Assembly (NCBI GenBank): GCA_035606845.1
Contig: DATNEA010000047.1
Coordinates: 36,933-100,932, forward strand
DNA: 64,000 nucleotides
DNA from: Candidatus Angelobacter sp.
GTDB lineage: Bacteria > Verrucomicrobiota > Verrucomicrobiia > Limisphaerales > DASXHY01
Direction: 5' to 3'
The position numbers were made by a program, and so were the translations under genes. Of the stretch, positions 9,446-18,431 are shown piece after piece (positions within the stretch are counted from its first letter, which is position 1; each line of letters begins with the position of its first letter). The notes below the pieces were generated by a model that saw nothing but the letters and a program-made list of their open reading frames with translations, was not told the DNA's origin and searched no databases.

Positions 9446-10267
9446 ATGATCACAATCTCTCAGGCTCAGCGCGATCTTTACCAGAAGGAAGGCTACATGA
9501 TTTTGCCGGGAGTCATTCCCATCGACATGCTCGAAATGCTGCGCGAGGAATGCTCCTATTATCTCGGTTATTACGATTCCATCATGGACAGCAAGGGCGT
9601 GCAGACGGAGGGAATCAGCCATCGCGGCAAACGTTATTTCATCAACAACCGTTACCGCCTGAGCAATCGGTTGTGGCAATTCATTTTCAGCGATCTGATG
9701 GCGAAAGTCGCCGAGGCCACCGTCGGCCCGGACGCGCAATTGTTCCACGAACAATGGGTCGTGAAAGGCGCCGAACAAGGCATGAAGTTTTCCTGGCATC
9801 AGGACAGCGGTTACGTGAAATGGTACGACCCGACCACGAGTCACAAACCCTACGTGACTTGCTGGTGCACGCTCGACGCGGTGAATGAAGAGAACGGAAC
9901 CGTGTATGTTCTTCCCCATTCACGCGGCGGCACCAAGGACAAGATCATCGATCATCACAAGGAACAGGGCACGAACGACCTCATCGGCTACACCGGTTCG
10001 GATCCCGGCGATCCGCTCATCGTTCCCGCCGGCAGCATCGTGGCTTTTGACAGTTATCTGTTTCATCGCAGCGGCCCGAACAAAACCAACCGCATGCGCC
10101 GCATTTACCTCCCGCAGTACAGCGGCGCGCCGATTCGCCGCCCGGACGGCAAACCGTGGGCGATGGCCACGCCGTTTCTCAAAGACGGCAAAAATATTTA
10201 CAATCACGCCGAAGACTCCGCGGATAAATACGGCCCGTTCCCCGATAAAAAGAAAGAGGCCGCTTAG
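9446..10267 (+). CDS. PhyH-family Fe(II)/2-oxoglutarate dioxygenase
   Basis: The HxD motif is in SWHQDSGY, the distal His in LFHRSGPN, and an Arg in NRMRRIYL. Start ATG 9446 is preferred; an alternative ATG lies at 9407. The gene is divergent from the AraC gene. Confidence 0.8.
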   Translation: MITISQAQRDLYQKEGYMILPGVIPIDMLEMLREECSYYLGYYDSIMDSKGVQTEGISHRGKRYFINNRYRLSNRLWQFIFSDLMAKVAEATVGPDAQLFHEQWVVKGAEQGMKFSWHQDSGYVKWYDPTTSHKPYVTCWCTLDAVNEENGTVYVLPHSRGGTKDKIIDHHKEQGTNDLIGYTGSDPGDPLIVPAGSIVAFDSYLFHRSGPNKTNRMRRIYLPQYSGAPIRRPDGKPWAMATPFLKDGKNIYNHAEDSADKYGPFPDKKKEAA

Positions 10268-10335
10268 ATCGTATTGCGTTTTGCATTGCGAAGAAGGGTC
10301 AGCTAATTTTGGCGCAATGGTGCTAACCGCCGCTA

Positions 10336-10419
10336 GTTCCGAAGGAACCATTGAAAATAGCCCGGCAGTTTACTGCCGGGTTGAGAATGGAAGCGGCCCA
10401 AGTCCCGAAGGGACGGCCG
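10336..10419 (+). repeat. Three-hairpin REP-like unit, copy 1
   Basis: Hairpins GTTCCGAAGGAAC, CCCGGCAGTTTACTGCCGGG and GTCCCGAAGGGAC occur in series. A near-identical unit in inverted orientation lies at 54804..54887. Confidence 0.8.
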
Positions 10420-10474
10420 AATGAATCAGTCAATCGGTTATTCATAACAAGCACCTGTGATAAAAAAGCAACGG

Positions 10475-12460
10475 ATGTTTGAAAAAAGCGGCACGCGCCT
10501 CGTTTGGCGATTGAAGGAACAGACTCTCTGGGTCGAGCCCTGGGGACGAGACAGCATTCGCGTTCGCGCGACCACGCTCCCCGAAATGCCGCCGCGCAAC
10601 TGGAGTTTGCTGCCGCCAGAAAAATCTTCTCCAAAAATTTCCATCGAACCAGCCACGGCGAAGTTGGTGAACGGAAAACTCACTGCCACCATCGACGCCA
10701 AATCAGGCCGCGTGCGCTTCTTTAAAACCGGCGAAAGCGAGCCGTTGGTCGAAGAGATTTTTGCGCGCACGAATTATCCCGCCTCGCGCACGTTCAAATC
10801 CGTTGGCGGCGACCTTTCGCATTGCGAAGCCAGCTTCACCGCCTTCGACGGCGAACGAATCTACGGCCTCGGCCAGCGGCGGCACGGGTTGCTGGATCAA
10901 AAGGGCTGCATCCTCGAACTGACTCACCGAAACTCGCAGATTTCGATTCCATTCCTTGTCTCCAGCCGCGGCTACGGCCTGCTCTGGCACAATCCCGGCA
11001 TGGGCCGCGTGGAATTGGGCCGCACGCAGACACGCTGGGTGGCCGATGCTTCGCGATTGATCGATTACGTGGTCACGACCGGCGAGGAATACGCGGGCAT
11101 CATGGAACGTTACGCCGACCTTACCGGCCATGCCCCAGTGATGCCCAAATGGGCCGCCGGTTTCTGGCAATGCAAACTTCGCTACAAAACCCAGGACGAA
11201 TTGCTCGCCGTCGCGCGCGAACACAAACGGCGCGGCCTGCCCATGTCCATCATCGTCATCGATTACTTCAACTGGACGAAAATGGGCGAATGGAAATTTG
11301 ATCCCAGGTGCTGGCCCGATCCGTCCGCCATGGTGCGCGAACTCGACGCGCTGGGCATCAAAGTCATGGTCTCGGTTTGGCCCACCGTGAATCCCGACAG
11401 TGAAAACTTCGCGGAATTGGAGCGCCGCAACCTCCTCGTCCGCACGGAGCGCGGGCTGAACAGCTTCATCAAGTTCACCGATTCCAACGCAAATCAAACC
11501 GTGATTTCCGGTCTGCTCGACAGCACGCATCCGGAGGCGCGGAAATTTTTGTGGAGCAAGGTGCGCGAAAACTATTATCGCCACGGCATCAAGGCGTGGT
11601 GGCTCGACGCCATCGAACCGGAAATGGTCACGTACGACCATGACAACGTTCGCTATTACGCCGGCAATGGCCTCGAAGTGGGCTGCATTTACCCGATGAT
11701 GCAGCAACAGGCGCTTTACGAAGGCATGAGAGCCTCGGGCGAAACGGAAATCATTTCGCTCGGCCGCGCTGGTTTTGCCGGCAGCCAGCGCTACGGCGCG
11801 GCCATCTGGTCGGGAGACATTCATTCGACCTGGGAGGATTTGCGGCAACAAGTCCGCGCCGGCCTCAACATCGGTCTCAGCGGCATCCCCTGGTGGACCA
11901 CGGACATCGGCGGCTTCTTCGGCGGCGAGGTGGACACGCCTTATTTCCGCGAGCTCATCGTGCGCTGGTTTCAATACGGCGTCCTCTGTCCGTTGTTCCG
12001 GCTGCACGGCTGGCGGAACAGCTCGCTGGCGCATCCCGAGACCAGCGATCCCACTCGCGGCGGCCCGAACGAAGTCTGGACTTTCGGCGACCGCGCCTAC
12101 GGCATCATCCGCGAACTGATGTTTCTGCGCGAACGATTGCGGCCTTACATCATGGCGCAAATGAAACTCGCCAGCGCCAAAGGCACGCCGCCCATGCGCC
12201 CGCTGTTCTTCGATTTCCCCAAGGACGCCGCCGCGCCGGAGGTCGACGATCAATTTATGTTCGGCCCGGACCTGCTCGTCGCTCCCGTGCTGCACCAGGG
12301 CGCAAACAAACGAAAAGTTTACCTGCCCGCGGACGTCACCTGGACCGACGCATGGACCGGAAAAAAATTGAAAGGCGGACAAACCATCACCGCCGATGCG
12401 CCGCTGGAGAAAGTTCCGCTGTATCTACGAGCCGGACGCAAATTGCCCATTCGCGGCTGA
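10475..12460 (+). CDS. GH31 alpha-xylosidase/alpha-glucosidase
   Basis: Motifs VIDYFNW, KAWWLDAIEPE, WSGDIHSTWEDL and GIPWWTTDIGGF are present. ATG 10475 chosen (GTG 10457 is possible). A GPH symporter follows after a 6-nt spacer, as in the E. coli yicI-yicJ pair. Confidence 0.85.
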   Translation: MFEKSGTRLVWRLKEQTLWVEPWGRDSIRVRATTLPEMPPRNWSLLPPEKSSPKISIEPATAKLVNGKLTATIDAKSGRVRFFKTGESEPLVEEIFARTNYPASRTFKSVGGDLSHCEASFTAFDGERIYGLGQRRHGLLDQKGCILELTHRNSQISIPFLVSSRGYGLLWHNPGMGRVELGRTQTRWVADASRLIDYVVTTGEEYAGIMERYADLTGHAPVMPKWAAGFWQCKLRYKTQDELLAVAREHKRRGLPMSIIVIDYFNWTKMGEWKFDPRCWPDPSAMVRELDALGIKVMVSVWPTVNPDSENFAELERRNLLVRTERGLNSFIKFTDSNANQTVISGLLDSTHPEARKFLWSKVRENYYRHGIKAWWLDAIEPEMVTYDHDNVRYYAGNGLEVGCIYPMMQQQALYEGMRASGETEIISLGRAGFAGSQRYGAAIWSGDIHSTWEDLRQQVRAGLNIGLSGIPWWTTDIGGFFGGEVDTPYFRELIVRWFQYGVLCPLFRLHGWRNSSLAHPETSDPTRGGPNEVWTFGDRAYGIIRELMFLRERLRPYIMAQMKLASAKGTPPMRPLFFDFPKDAAAPEVDDQFMFGPDLLVAPVLHQGANKRKVYLPADVTWTDAWTGKKLKGGQTITADAPLEKVPLYLRAGRKLPIRG

Positions 12461-12466
12461 CGAGCC

Positions 12467-13834
12467 ATGAAAACGTCGCTCACCAAACGCCTCAGCTACG
12501 CATCCAGCGATACCGCCGGGCAATTGGTGTTCTGCGTCATCTCCTTTTACCTCCTCAATTTCTACACGGACGTTTTCGGCCTTTCGGCCGCCACTGCCGG
12601 GACGATTTTGTTGGTCGCGCGGTGCGTGGACGCCGTGGATGCTCCCGTGTGGGGAATCATCTTCGACAAGACTCAGAGCAAATGGGGAAAAAGCCGCCCC
12701 TGGTTTCTCTGGCTATGCGTGCCATTTGCCGTGTTCGGCGTGCTGACTTTTATGACGCCAAACCTGAGCTATACGGCCAAGGTGATCTACGCGGCGAGCA
12801 CTTACATCATTTGCAGCGTGCTTTACACGGGAATCAATACACCGGTCACGTCCATCCTGTCCGCGCTCACGCCGGATCCGCAAGAGCGCGTCACTCTGAC
12901 CAGCTTCCGCATGTTCGGCTCCAAGTTCGGTGTGGCGCTGGTAAACCTGACCGCGCTTTGGCTCGTGGAATTTTTTGGCCGCGGCAATGACCGGAAAGGC
13001 TACATGATCGTCATGCCGATCTACGCGACCTGCAGCATTCTGCTGTTCCTGTTCGCCTTTCGCAACCTGGAGGAAGTCGTCCATGAGAAAAAACAATCGC
13101 TGCCCATTCGCGACAGCTTGCGAGCGGTCAAAGGCAATTGGCCCTGGATCATTATATTTATCAGCAGCCTCTTTTTCTGGATCGCTTATGTCGCCCGCGT
13201 CAGCATAGCCCCTTATTTTTTCGAATACGTCCTGCACCGCAAAGACTTGATCTCTCTGGCGTTTTTGCTGGATTTCATTTCGCTCGGCACGGCGTTTGGA
13301 TTGCCGTTTTTCTGCCGTTGGACCTCAAAACGCAACGTGTGGCTGATCGGTCTGCTCGGATTGGTCGCCGGACAACTCATTATGGCTGTCGGAATCCGGA
13401 ATCAACTTTCCCTCGCGTGGATCATGGGCGGCTGGGCTTTTGGAATGTTCATCAGCGGCATGGCGATGGCGATACCGTTTTCCATTTTGTCCGATAGCGT
13501 CGATTACGGCGAATGGAAGACCGGCGTTCGCGCGGCCGGCTTTCTGACGGCCATCGGCGCCGCGTTTTGCCTGAAAGCCGGCAGTGGTCTCGGCGGCGCT
13601 TTGCCCGCATGGATTTTGCAGGCCACCCACTACGTCCCCAAAGTGGAACAGACGCCGCAGTCGCTGCGTGGCATCGAATTTTCCACCATTTGGCTCCCGG
13701 CAATCTTCTTTGCGCTCGCGGCCGTGCCGGTTTTGTTCTATCAAAAGTATGAATCGTTGGAGCCGCAAATCCAGGCTGACCTCGAAGTCCGCCGCGCCAA
13801 TTCCGCGGGAACGCTCTCCAACGCGACACGATAA
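12467..13834 (+). CDS. GPH-family (glycoside-pentoside-hexuronide):cation symporter, MFS
   Basis: N-terminal RLSYASSDTAGQLVF...LLNFYTDVFGLSAATAG...DAPVWGIIFDKTQSKWGKSRPW is the classic MelB/YicJ signature. About 12 hydrophobic segments are present. Confidence 0.85.
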   Translation: MKTSLTKRLSYASSDTAGQLVFCVISFYLLNFYTDVFGLSAATAGTILLVARCVDAVDAPVWGIIFDKTQSKWGKSRPWFLWLCVPFAVFGVLTFMTPNLSYTAKVIYAASTYIICSVLYTGINTPVTSILSALTPDPQERVTLTSFRMFGSKFGVALVNLTALWLVEFFGRGNDRKGYMIVMPIYATCSILLFLFAFRNLEEVVHEKKQSLPIRDSLRAVKGNWPWIIIFISSLFFWIAYVARVSIAPYFFEYVLHRKDLISLAFLLDFISLGTAFGLPFFCRWTSKRNVWLIGLLGLVAGQLIMAVGIRNQLSLAWIMGGWAFGMFISGMAMAIPFSILSDSVDYGEWKTGVRAAGFLTAIGAAFCLKAGSGLGGALPAWILQATHYVPKVEQTPQSLRGIEFSTIWLPAIFFALAAVPVLFYQKYESLEPQIQADLEVRRANSAGTLSNATR

Positions 13835-14082
13835 TTTGCCCTTCGGAAGGAATCGCTTTCTGCGTTCTTTTTTGCCCCGCCGACACGATGTGTTTTTACC
13901 CGGCACAACTGGCGGCAACCATTATCTGCCTCAGCGAAAGCACGGTTCGAACACTTCCACGGAATTCGCCCGGGGCTTTAACGCCGGCATTTTGCGCAAA
14001 TTAATTGGCACTTTTTTCGAGTTCCAGACTCGTCAATCACGAGGGCAACGGATACACTGGCGCTCCCATTTTCACCGCGTTT

Positions 14083-17000
14083 ATGCTGTGTTTTAAAAAA
14101 TTCGCAATCGCTTTATCGTTCGGGCTTCTTGCCACCCTCTCGCTCCGCGCTGTCACCGTGGATGAACTGCGCTGCGAAAATCTGACCCAACCGCAAGGTA
14201 TTGACGTCACTCAACCGCGCCTGAGTTGGATTCTCCACTCCTATAACCACAACGAAACGCAGGCTGCCTATGAGATTCTCGTCGCCTCCTCGGCTCGCCA
14301 GCTTTCCGCCGACCACGGCGATTTGTGGGACAGCGGCAAGGTTTCCTCCGACGCCTCGATCCAGGTCGTTTACTCGGGCAAACCGCTCGTCGCGCGCGAA
14401 CAATGCTTCTGGAAAGCGCGAGTCTGGGATTCCGCGGGACACGCTTCGGCCTGGAGCAAACCCGCCCTGTGGACCATGGGCCTGCTCTCGCCCTCCGATT
14501 GGGACAATGCCAAATGGATCGGCCTCGATGGCGTGACACCAACCAATTATCTCGCCCACACAAGCTGGATTTGGTCGCCGGGCGGTGAACCGAGCAAATC
14601 TGCGCCCGCCGGCACAAATTATTTTCGTCGCGTCGTGAAGATTCCCGCCGGCCGCGTCATCACTGGCGCGCGGTTCCAATACACCGGCGACAACGAAGCG
14701 CGCGGCTGGATAGATACTTTCGACCTCGGCGCGCGCAACAATTTCCATACCGTAAAATTCAATGACATCACCACGCGGCTGGAACCCGGGCAAACCTTCG
14801 TGTTTGGCCTCACCGGCTACCACAATCATCCCGGCCAGCCCGCCGGTGTCGTTGGCCTTCTCGAAATTGAATTTGCCGATGGCGAACCGATGATTATTCC
14901 CACGGACGAACATTGGAAAATGTCGGACCACGAAGTTCCCGGCTGGCTCACCACGAATTTTGACGACTCGGCCTGGGTGCCTGCGCACAAAATCGGTCCC
15001 GTCGGCATGGAGCCATGGGGCCACGTCCGCTCCGCCGAACAACGAATCCTCCCCGCGCGCTATCTTCGCAAGGACTTTTCCGTCGAAAAGAAAATCGCCC
15101 ACGCCACGGTTTCCTTTTGCGGCCTGGGATTGTCCGAGCTTTACATCAACGGCAACAAAATCGGCGATCACGTTCTCTCGCCCGCGTTCGCGCAATATAA
15201 CAAGCGCGAATTCACCGTCACTTACGACGTCACTGATAACTTGCGCCGCGGCGCCAATGCTCTCGGCGTGATTCTTGGCAATGGCCGATATTATGCCGAT
15301 CGCAGCAAGGTTTACTCCGGAACCGCCGATTTTGGTTTCCCGAAATTGCTCCTGAACCTGCACATTGATTACACCGACGGCTCCAATTCAGAAATCGTCA
15401 GTGACGCCTCGTGGAAATTGACCGCCGAGGGCCCCATCCTCGCCAACAACGACTACGACGGTGAAGAATATGACGCGCGCAAGGAATTTCCCGACTGGGA
15501 CCGCAGCGGGTTTGACGATTCGAAATGGCAGGCAGCCGAACTCGTTTCCGCGCCGGGTGGCGAACTATCATCGGAAATGAGCGAACCGATTCGTGTCACA
15601 CAGACACTGAAGCCGATTTCCGTGAAGGAATTGCGCCCGGGCGTATTCATTTTCGACATGGGCCAGAACATGGTGGGCTGGTGCCGTCTCCGCGTTTCCG
15701 GACCAGCCGGCACGCGCGTCATATTGCGCCACGCCGAGACGCTGAAGCCCGACGGCTCGCTCTACATGGCCAACTTGCGCGGCGCGCAAGTGACCGATAC
15801 TTATATTCTTCGCGGCCACGGAAAAGAAACCTGGGAACCGCGCTTCGTCTCGCACGGATTTCGTTACGTGGAAATGTCCGGCTATCCCGGCCGGCCGGGC
15901 CTGGATTCGATCGAGGGCCGCGTGGTGAATGACGACGTTGCAACCGCGGGCGAGTTCACCTGCTCGAACGATTTGCTGAATCGGATTTATCACGCGATTG
16001 TCTGGGGCACGCACGGCAATTACCGCAGCATCCCCACCGATTGCCCGCAACGCGACGAACGCCAGGGCTGGCTCGGCGACCGCTCCGAGGAATCCCGCGG
16101 TGAGACGTTTCTCTTCGACAATGGCAACCTCTACGCCCGTTGGTTGCGGGACATCGCCGACGCGCAGCGCCCCAGCGGCAGCGTGCCGGACGCGGCGCCG
16201 GCTTATTGGCCGATTTATTCGGACGATGTCGTCTGGCCGAGCAGCAGCGTCATCATCCCGGAAACATTGCGCGAGCAATTTGACGATACCCGCATCATCG
16301 GCCGCCATTACGCCAGCATGAAGCGCTGGATCGATTACATGAGCGGCTTCATGAACAACGGTCTCATTTCCCGCGACAGCTATGGCGATTGGTGCGTGCC
16401 GCCCGAGGAACTCACGCTGATTCATTCCCAGGATCCCGCGCGCAACACCGATAAAACGCTCCTCGCGACTTCCTATTTCTATCACGATTATAAACTCATG
16501 GAACATTACGCGACGCTCCTTGGAAAAACTGAAGACGCGCGCGCGTTCCGCGAGCAGGCGGAAAAAATCAAAACCGCCTTCAATGAAAAATTTCTCGATC
16601 GCGACCGCGGCCAGTACAGCAACGGCACCCAAACCTCCTGCGTGCTGCCGCTCGCCTTTGGATTGGTGCCGGACGAGTTTCGCGCGCGCGTTTTCCAGCA
16701 TCTCGTGGACAACATCGAAAACGTTACTCACGGACACATCGGCACCGGGCTGGTCGGCGGCCAATATCTCTGCCGCGTGCTGACCGACAACGGCCGCCCG
16801 GACCTGGTTTACACCATCGCCTCGCAAAAGGATTATCCCGGCTGGGGTTACATGATCGAGCACGGCGCGACGACCATCTGGGAATTGTGGAACGGCAACA
16901 CCGCCGATCCCACCATGAATTCCGGCAATCACGTGATGCTCATCGGCGATTACGTCGTCTGGCTTTACGAAGACCTCGCCGGCATCAAGACGGATCCACA

Positions 17001-17289
17001 GCAACCCGGCTTCAAGCACATCCTCATGAAGCCCACGCCCGTCGGCGATCTCACATTCGTCAAAGCCGCGCACGAATCGCCTTACGGCTTGATCAGCAGC
17101 GAATGGCATCGCGAAGGCAAAAAATTCGATTGGCAGATTGAAATTCCTGCGAACACGACAGCCACGGTTTATGTTCCCGCCATGAATCTCGAAGCCGTCA
17201 CCGCCAGAAACGCGAAAGCCTCGCGTTTTGAAGATGGCCGCGCCATTTTCGAACTCGGCAGCGGCAAATATCATTTTGTCAGCGAATGA
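14083..17289 (+). CDS. GH78 alpha-L-rhamnosidase
   Basis: Signal peptide from ATG 14083. The N-terminal signature is ENLTQPQGIDVTQPRLSWIL...AYEILVASS...LWDSGKV. Also present are DCPQRDERQGWLGD and a six-hairpin region. The stop overlaps the next start (ATGA). Confidence 0.85.
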   Translation: MLCFKKFAIALSFGLLATLSLRAVTVDELRCENLTQPQGIDVTQPRLSWILHSYNHNETQAAYEILVASSARQLSADHGDLWDSGKVSSDASIQVVYSGKPLVAREQCFWKARVWDSAGHASAWSKPALWTMGLLSPSDWDNAKWIGLDGVTPTNYLAHTSWIWSPGGEPSKSAPAGTNYFRRVVKIPAGRVITGARFQYTGDNEARGWIDTFDLGARNNFHTVKFNDITTRLEPGQTFVFGLTGYHNHPGQPAGVVGLLEIEFADGEPMIIPTDEHWKMSDHEVPGWLTTNFDDSAWVPAHKIGPVGMEPWGHVRSAEQRILPARYLRKDFSVEKKIAHATVSFCGLGLSELYINGNKIGDHVLSPAFAQYNKREFTVTYDVTDNLRRGANALGVILGNGRYYADRSKVYSGTADFGFPKLLLNLHIDYTDGSNSEIVSDASWKLTAEGPILANNDYDGEEYDARKEFPDWDRSGFDDSKWQAAELVSAPGGELSSEMSEPIRVTQTLKPISVKELRPGVFIFDMGQNMVGWCRLRVSGPAGTRVILRHAETLKPDGSLYMANLRGAQVTDTYILRGHGKETWEPRFVSHGFRYVEMSGYPGRPGLDSIEGRVVNDDVATAGEFTCSNDLLNRIYHAIVWGTHGNYRSIPTDCPQRDERQGWLGDRSEESRGETFLFDNGNLYARWLRDIADAQRPSGSVPDAAPAYWPIYSDDVVWPSSSVIIPETLREQFDDTRIIGRHYASMKRWIDYMSGFMNNGLISRDSYGDWCVPPEELTLIHSQDPARNTDKTLLATSYFYHDYKLMEHYATLLGKTEDARAFREQAEKIKTAFNEKFLDRDRGQYSNGTQTSCVLPLAFGLVPDEFRARVFQHLVDNIENVTHGHIGTGLVGGQYLCRVLTDNGRPDLVYTIASQKDYPGWGYMIEHGATTIWELWNGNTADPTMNSGNHVMLIGDYVVWLYEDLAGIKTDPQQPGFKHILMKPTPVGDLTFVKAAHESPYGLISSEWHREGKKFDWQIEIPANTTATVYVPAMNLEAVTARNAKASRFEDGRAIFELGSGKYHFVSE

Positions 17290-18431
17290 AACGAACGAAT
17301 AGGTTGAAAGTCGCGACAACATCCCGGACTGCGGCAGTCCTCTGCCGCTCGCTCATTATTCTTGGCATATTCAGCACCGCCGTCATGGCGTCCGAAGACC
17401 CGGCAATCGTGAAATCCGAATTCATTTTCCAAACCGCGCCGTTTCCTTCGTGCCACGCCTCGACCATTGCCGAAACAAAATCAGGTCTCGTCGCCGCCTG
17501 GTTCGGCGGCACGGCGGAACGCAATCCGGACGTGTGCATCTACGTTTCGCGCCATGAATCAGGCCACTGGTCCGCGCCCATGAAAGTCGCCGACGGCGTG
17601 GGATTCGCCACGAACCGCCTGCCGACCTGGAACCCGGCACTGTTCCAACCGAAAAACGGCCCGCTGCTGCTTTTCTACAAAGTCGGTCCCGCGCCTGCCT
17701 CTTGGTGGGGCATGATGATGACCTCAACCGATGACGGCAAAACATGGTCCAAACCGAAGCGCCTGCCGGACGGAATTTTAGGCCCGATCAAAAATAAACC
17801 GGTGCAGCTCGCGAACGGCGACATTCTTTGCGGCAGCAGCACCGAAGGCAATGGCTGGCACGTGCACTTCGAGCGCACCCGCGATCTCGGCCAGACCTGG
17901 ACGGCCACGCCGCCGGTGAACGACAGCAAGGAAATCGGCGCGATCCAACCCAGCATTTTATTTCATCCAAACGGCAAGCTGCAGGCGATTGGCCGAACAC
18001 GGAACGATAAATTGTTTCAAATCTGGTCCGACGACAACGGCTTCACCTGGGGCAAAATGACATTGATGGATTTGCCGAATCCAAACTCCGGCATCGACGC
18101 CGTGACGTTGCGCGACGGCCGCCAGCTTCTCGTTTACAATCACAACATCCGCACCGGCTCCCACAACAAAGGCCGCAGCCCGCTAAACGTGGCCGTTTCG
18201 AATAACGGCACCAACTGGCTCGCCGCGCTGGTCCTGGAAGATGATCCGAACGCGCCCAGCGGCTTCGCGTATCCCGCCGTGATTCAGACCGGCGATGGCC
18301 TCGTGCACATCACCTACACCTGGGAACGCAAACGCATCAAACACGTTGTTATCGATCCCGCAAAATTAAAATTGCAGCCAATCATCCACGGCGAATGGCC
18401 AAAATCCGTAGTGCTCGAAAAGAATCCATGA
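17286..18431 (+). CDS. Sialidase-fold (BNR_2-type) exo-hydrolase-like beta-propeller
   Basis: N-terminal hydrophobic anchor present. PFPSCHASTIAETKSGLVAAWFGGTAERNPDVCIYVSRHESGHWS matches the BNR_2 sialidase-like family pattern. ATGA overlaps occur at both ends. Confidence 0.7.
   Translation: MKRTNRLKVATTSRTAAVLCRSLIILGIFSTAVMASEDPAIVKSEFIFQTAPFPSCHASTIAETKSGLVAAWFGGTAERNPDVCIYVSRHESGHWSAPMKVADGVGFATNRLPTWNPALFQPKNGPLLLFYKVGPAPASWWGMMMTSTDDGKTWSKPKRLPDGILGPIKNKPVQLANGDILCGSSTEGNGWHVHFERTRDLGQTWTATPPVNDSKEIGAIQPSILFHPNGKLQAIGRTRNDKLFQIWSDDNGFTWGKMTLMDLPNPNSGIDAVTLRDGRQLLVYNHNIRTGSHNKGRSPLNVAVSNNGTNWLAALVLEDDPNAPSGFAYPAVIQTGDGLVHITYTWERKRIKHVVIDPAKLKLQPIIHGEWPKSVVLEKNP

Noticed and set aside
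9374-9919. Upstream extension of the AraC ORF (track ORF 8534..9919, 461 aa).
   Set aside because: The extension overlaps the divergent dioxygenase gene and has no motif content. The cupin domain starts right after ATG 9373, giving a normal ~280-aa AraC protein.
10703-12382. Long antisense ORFs opposite strong CAZyme and respiratory genes. Examples: 559 aa at 10703..12382, 584 aa at 15568..17322, 538 aa at 25860..27476, 640 aa at 33904..35826, 438 aa at 41779..43095, 498 aa at 45124..46620, 438 aa at 52458..53774 and 488 aa at 57691..59157.
   Set aside because: These are typical shadow ORFs of GC-rich DNA. They are Arg/Ala/Gly/His-rich and low in complexity, with no recognisable motifs. Each fully overlaps a gene on the other strand that has clear family signatures.
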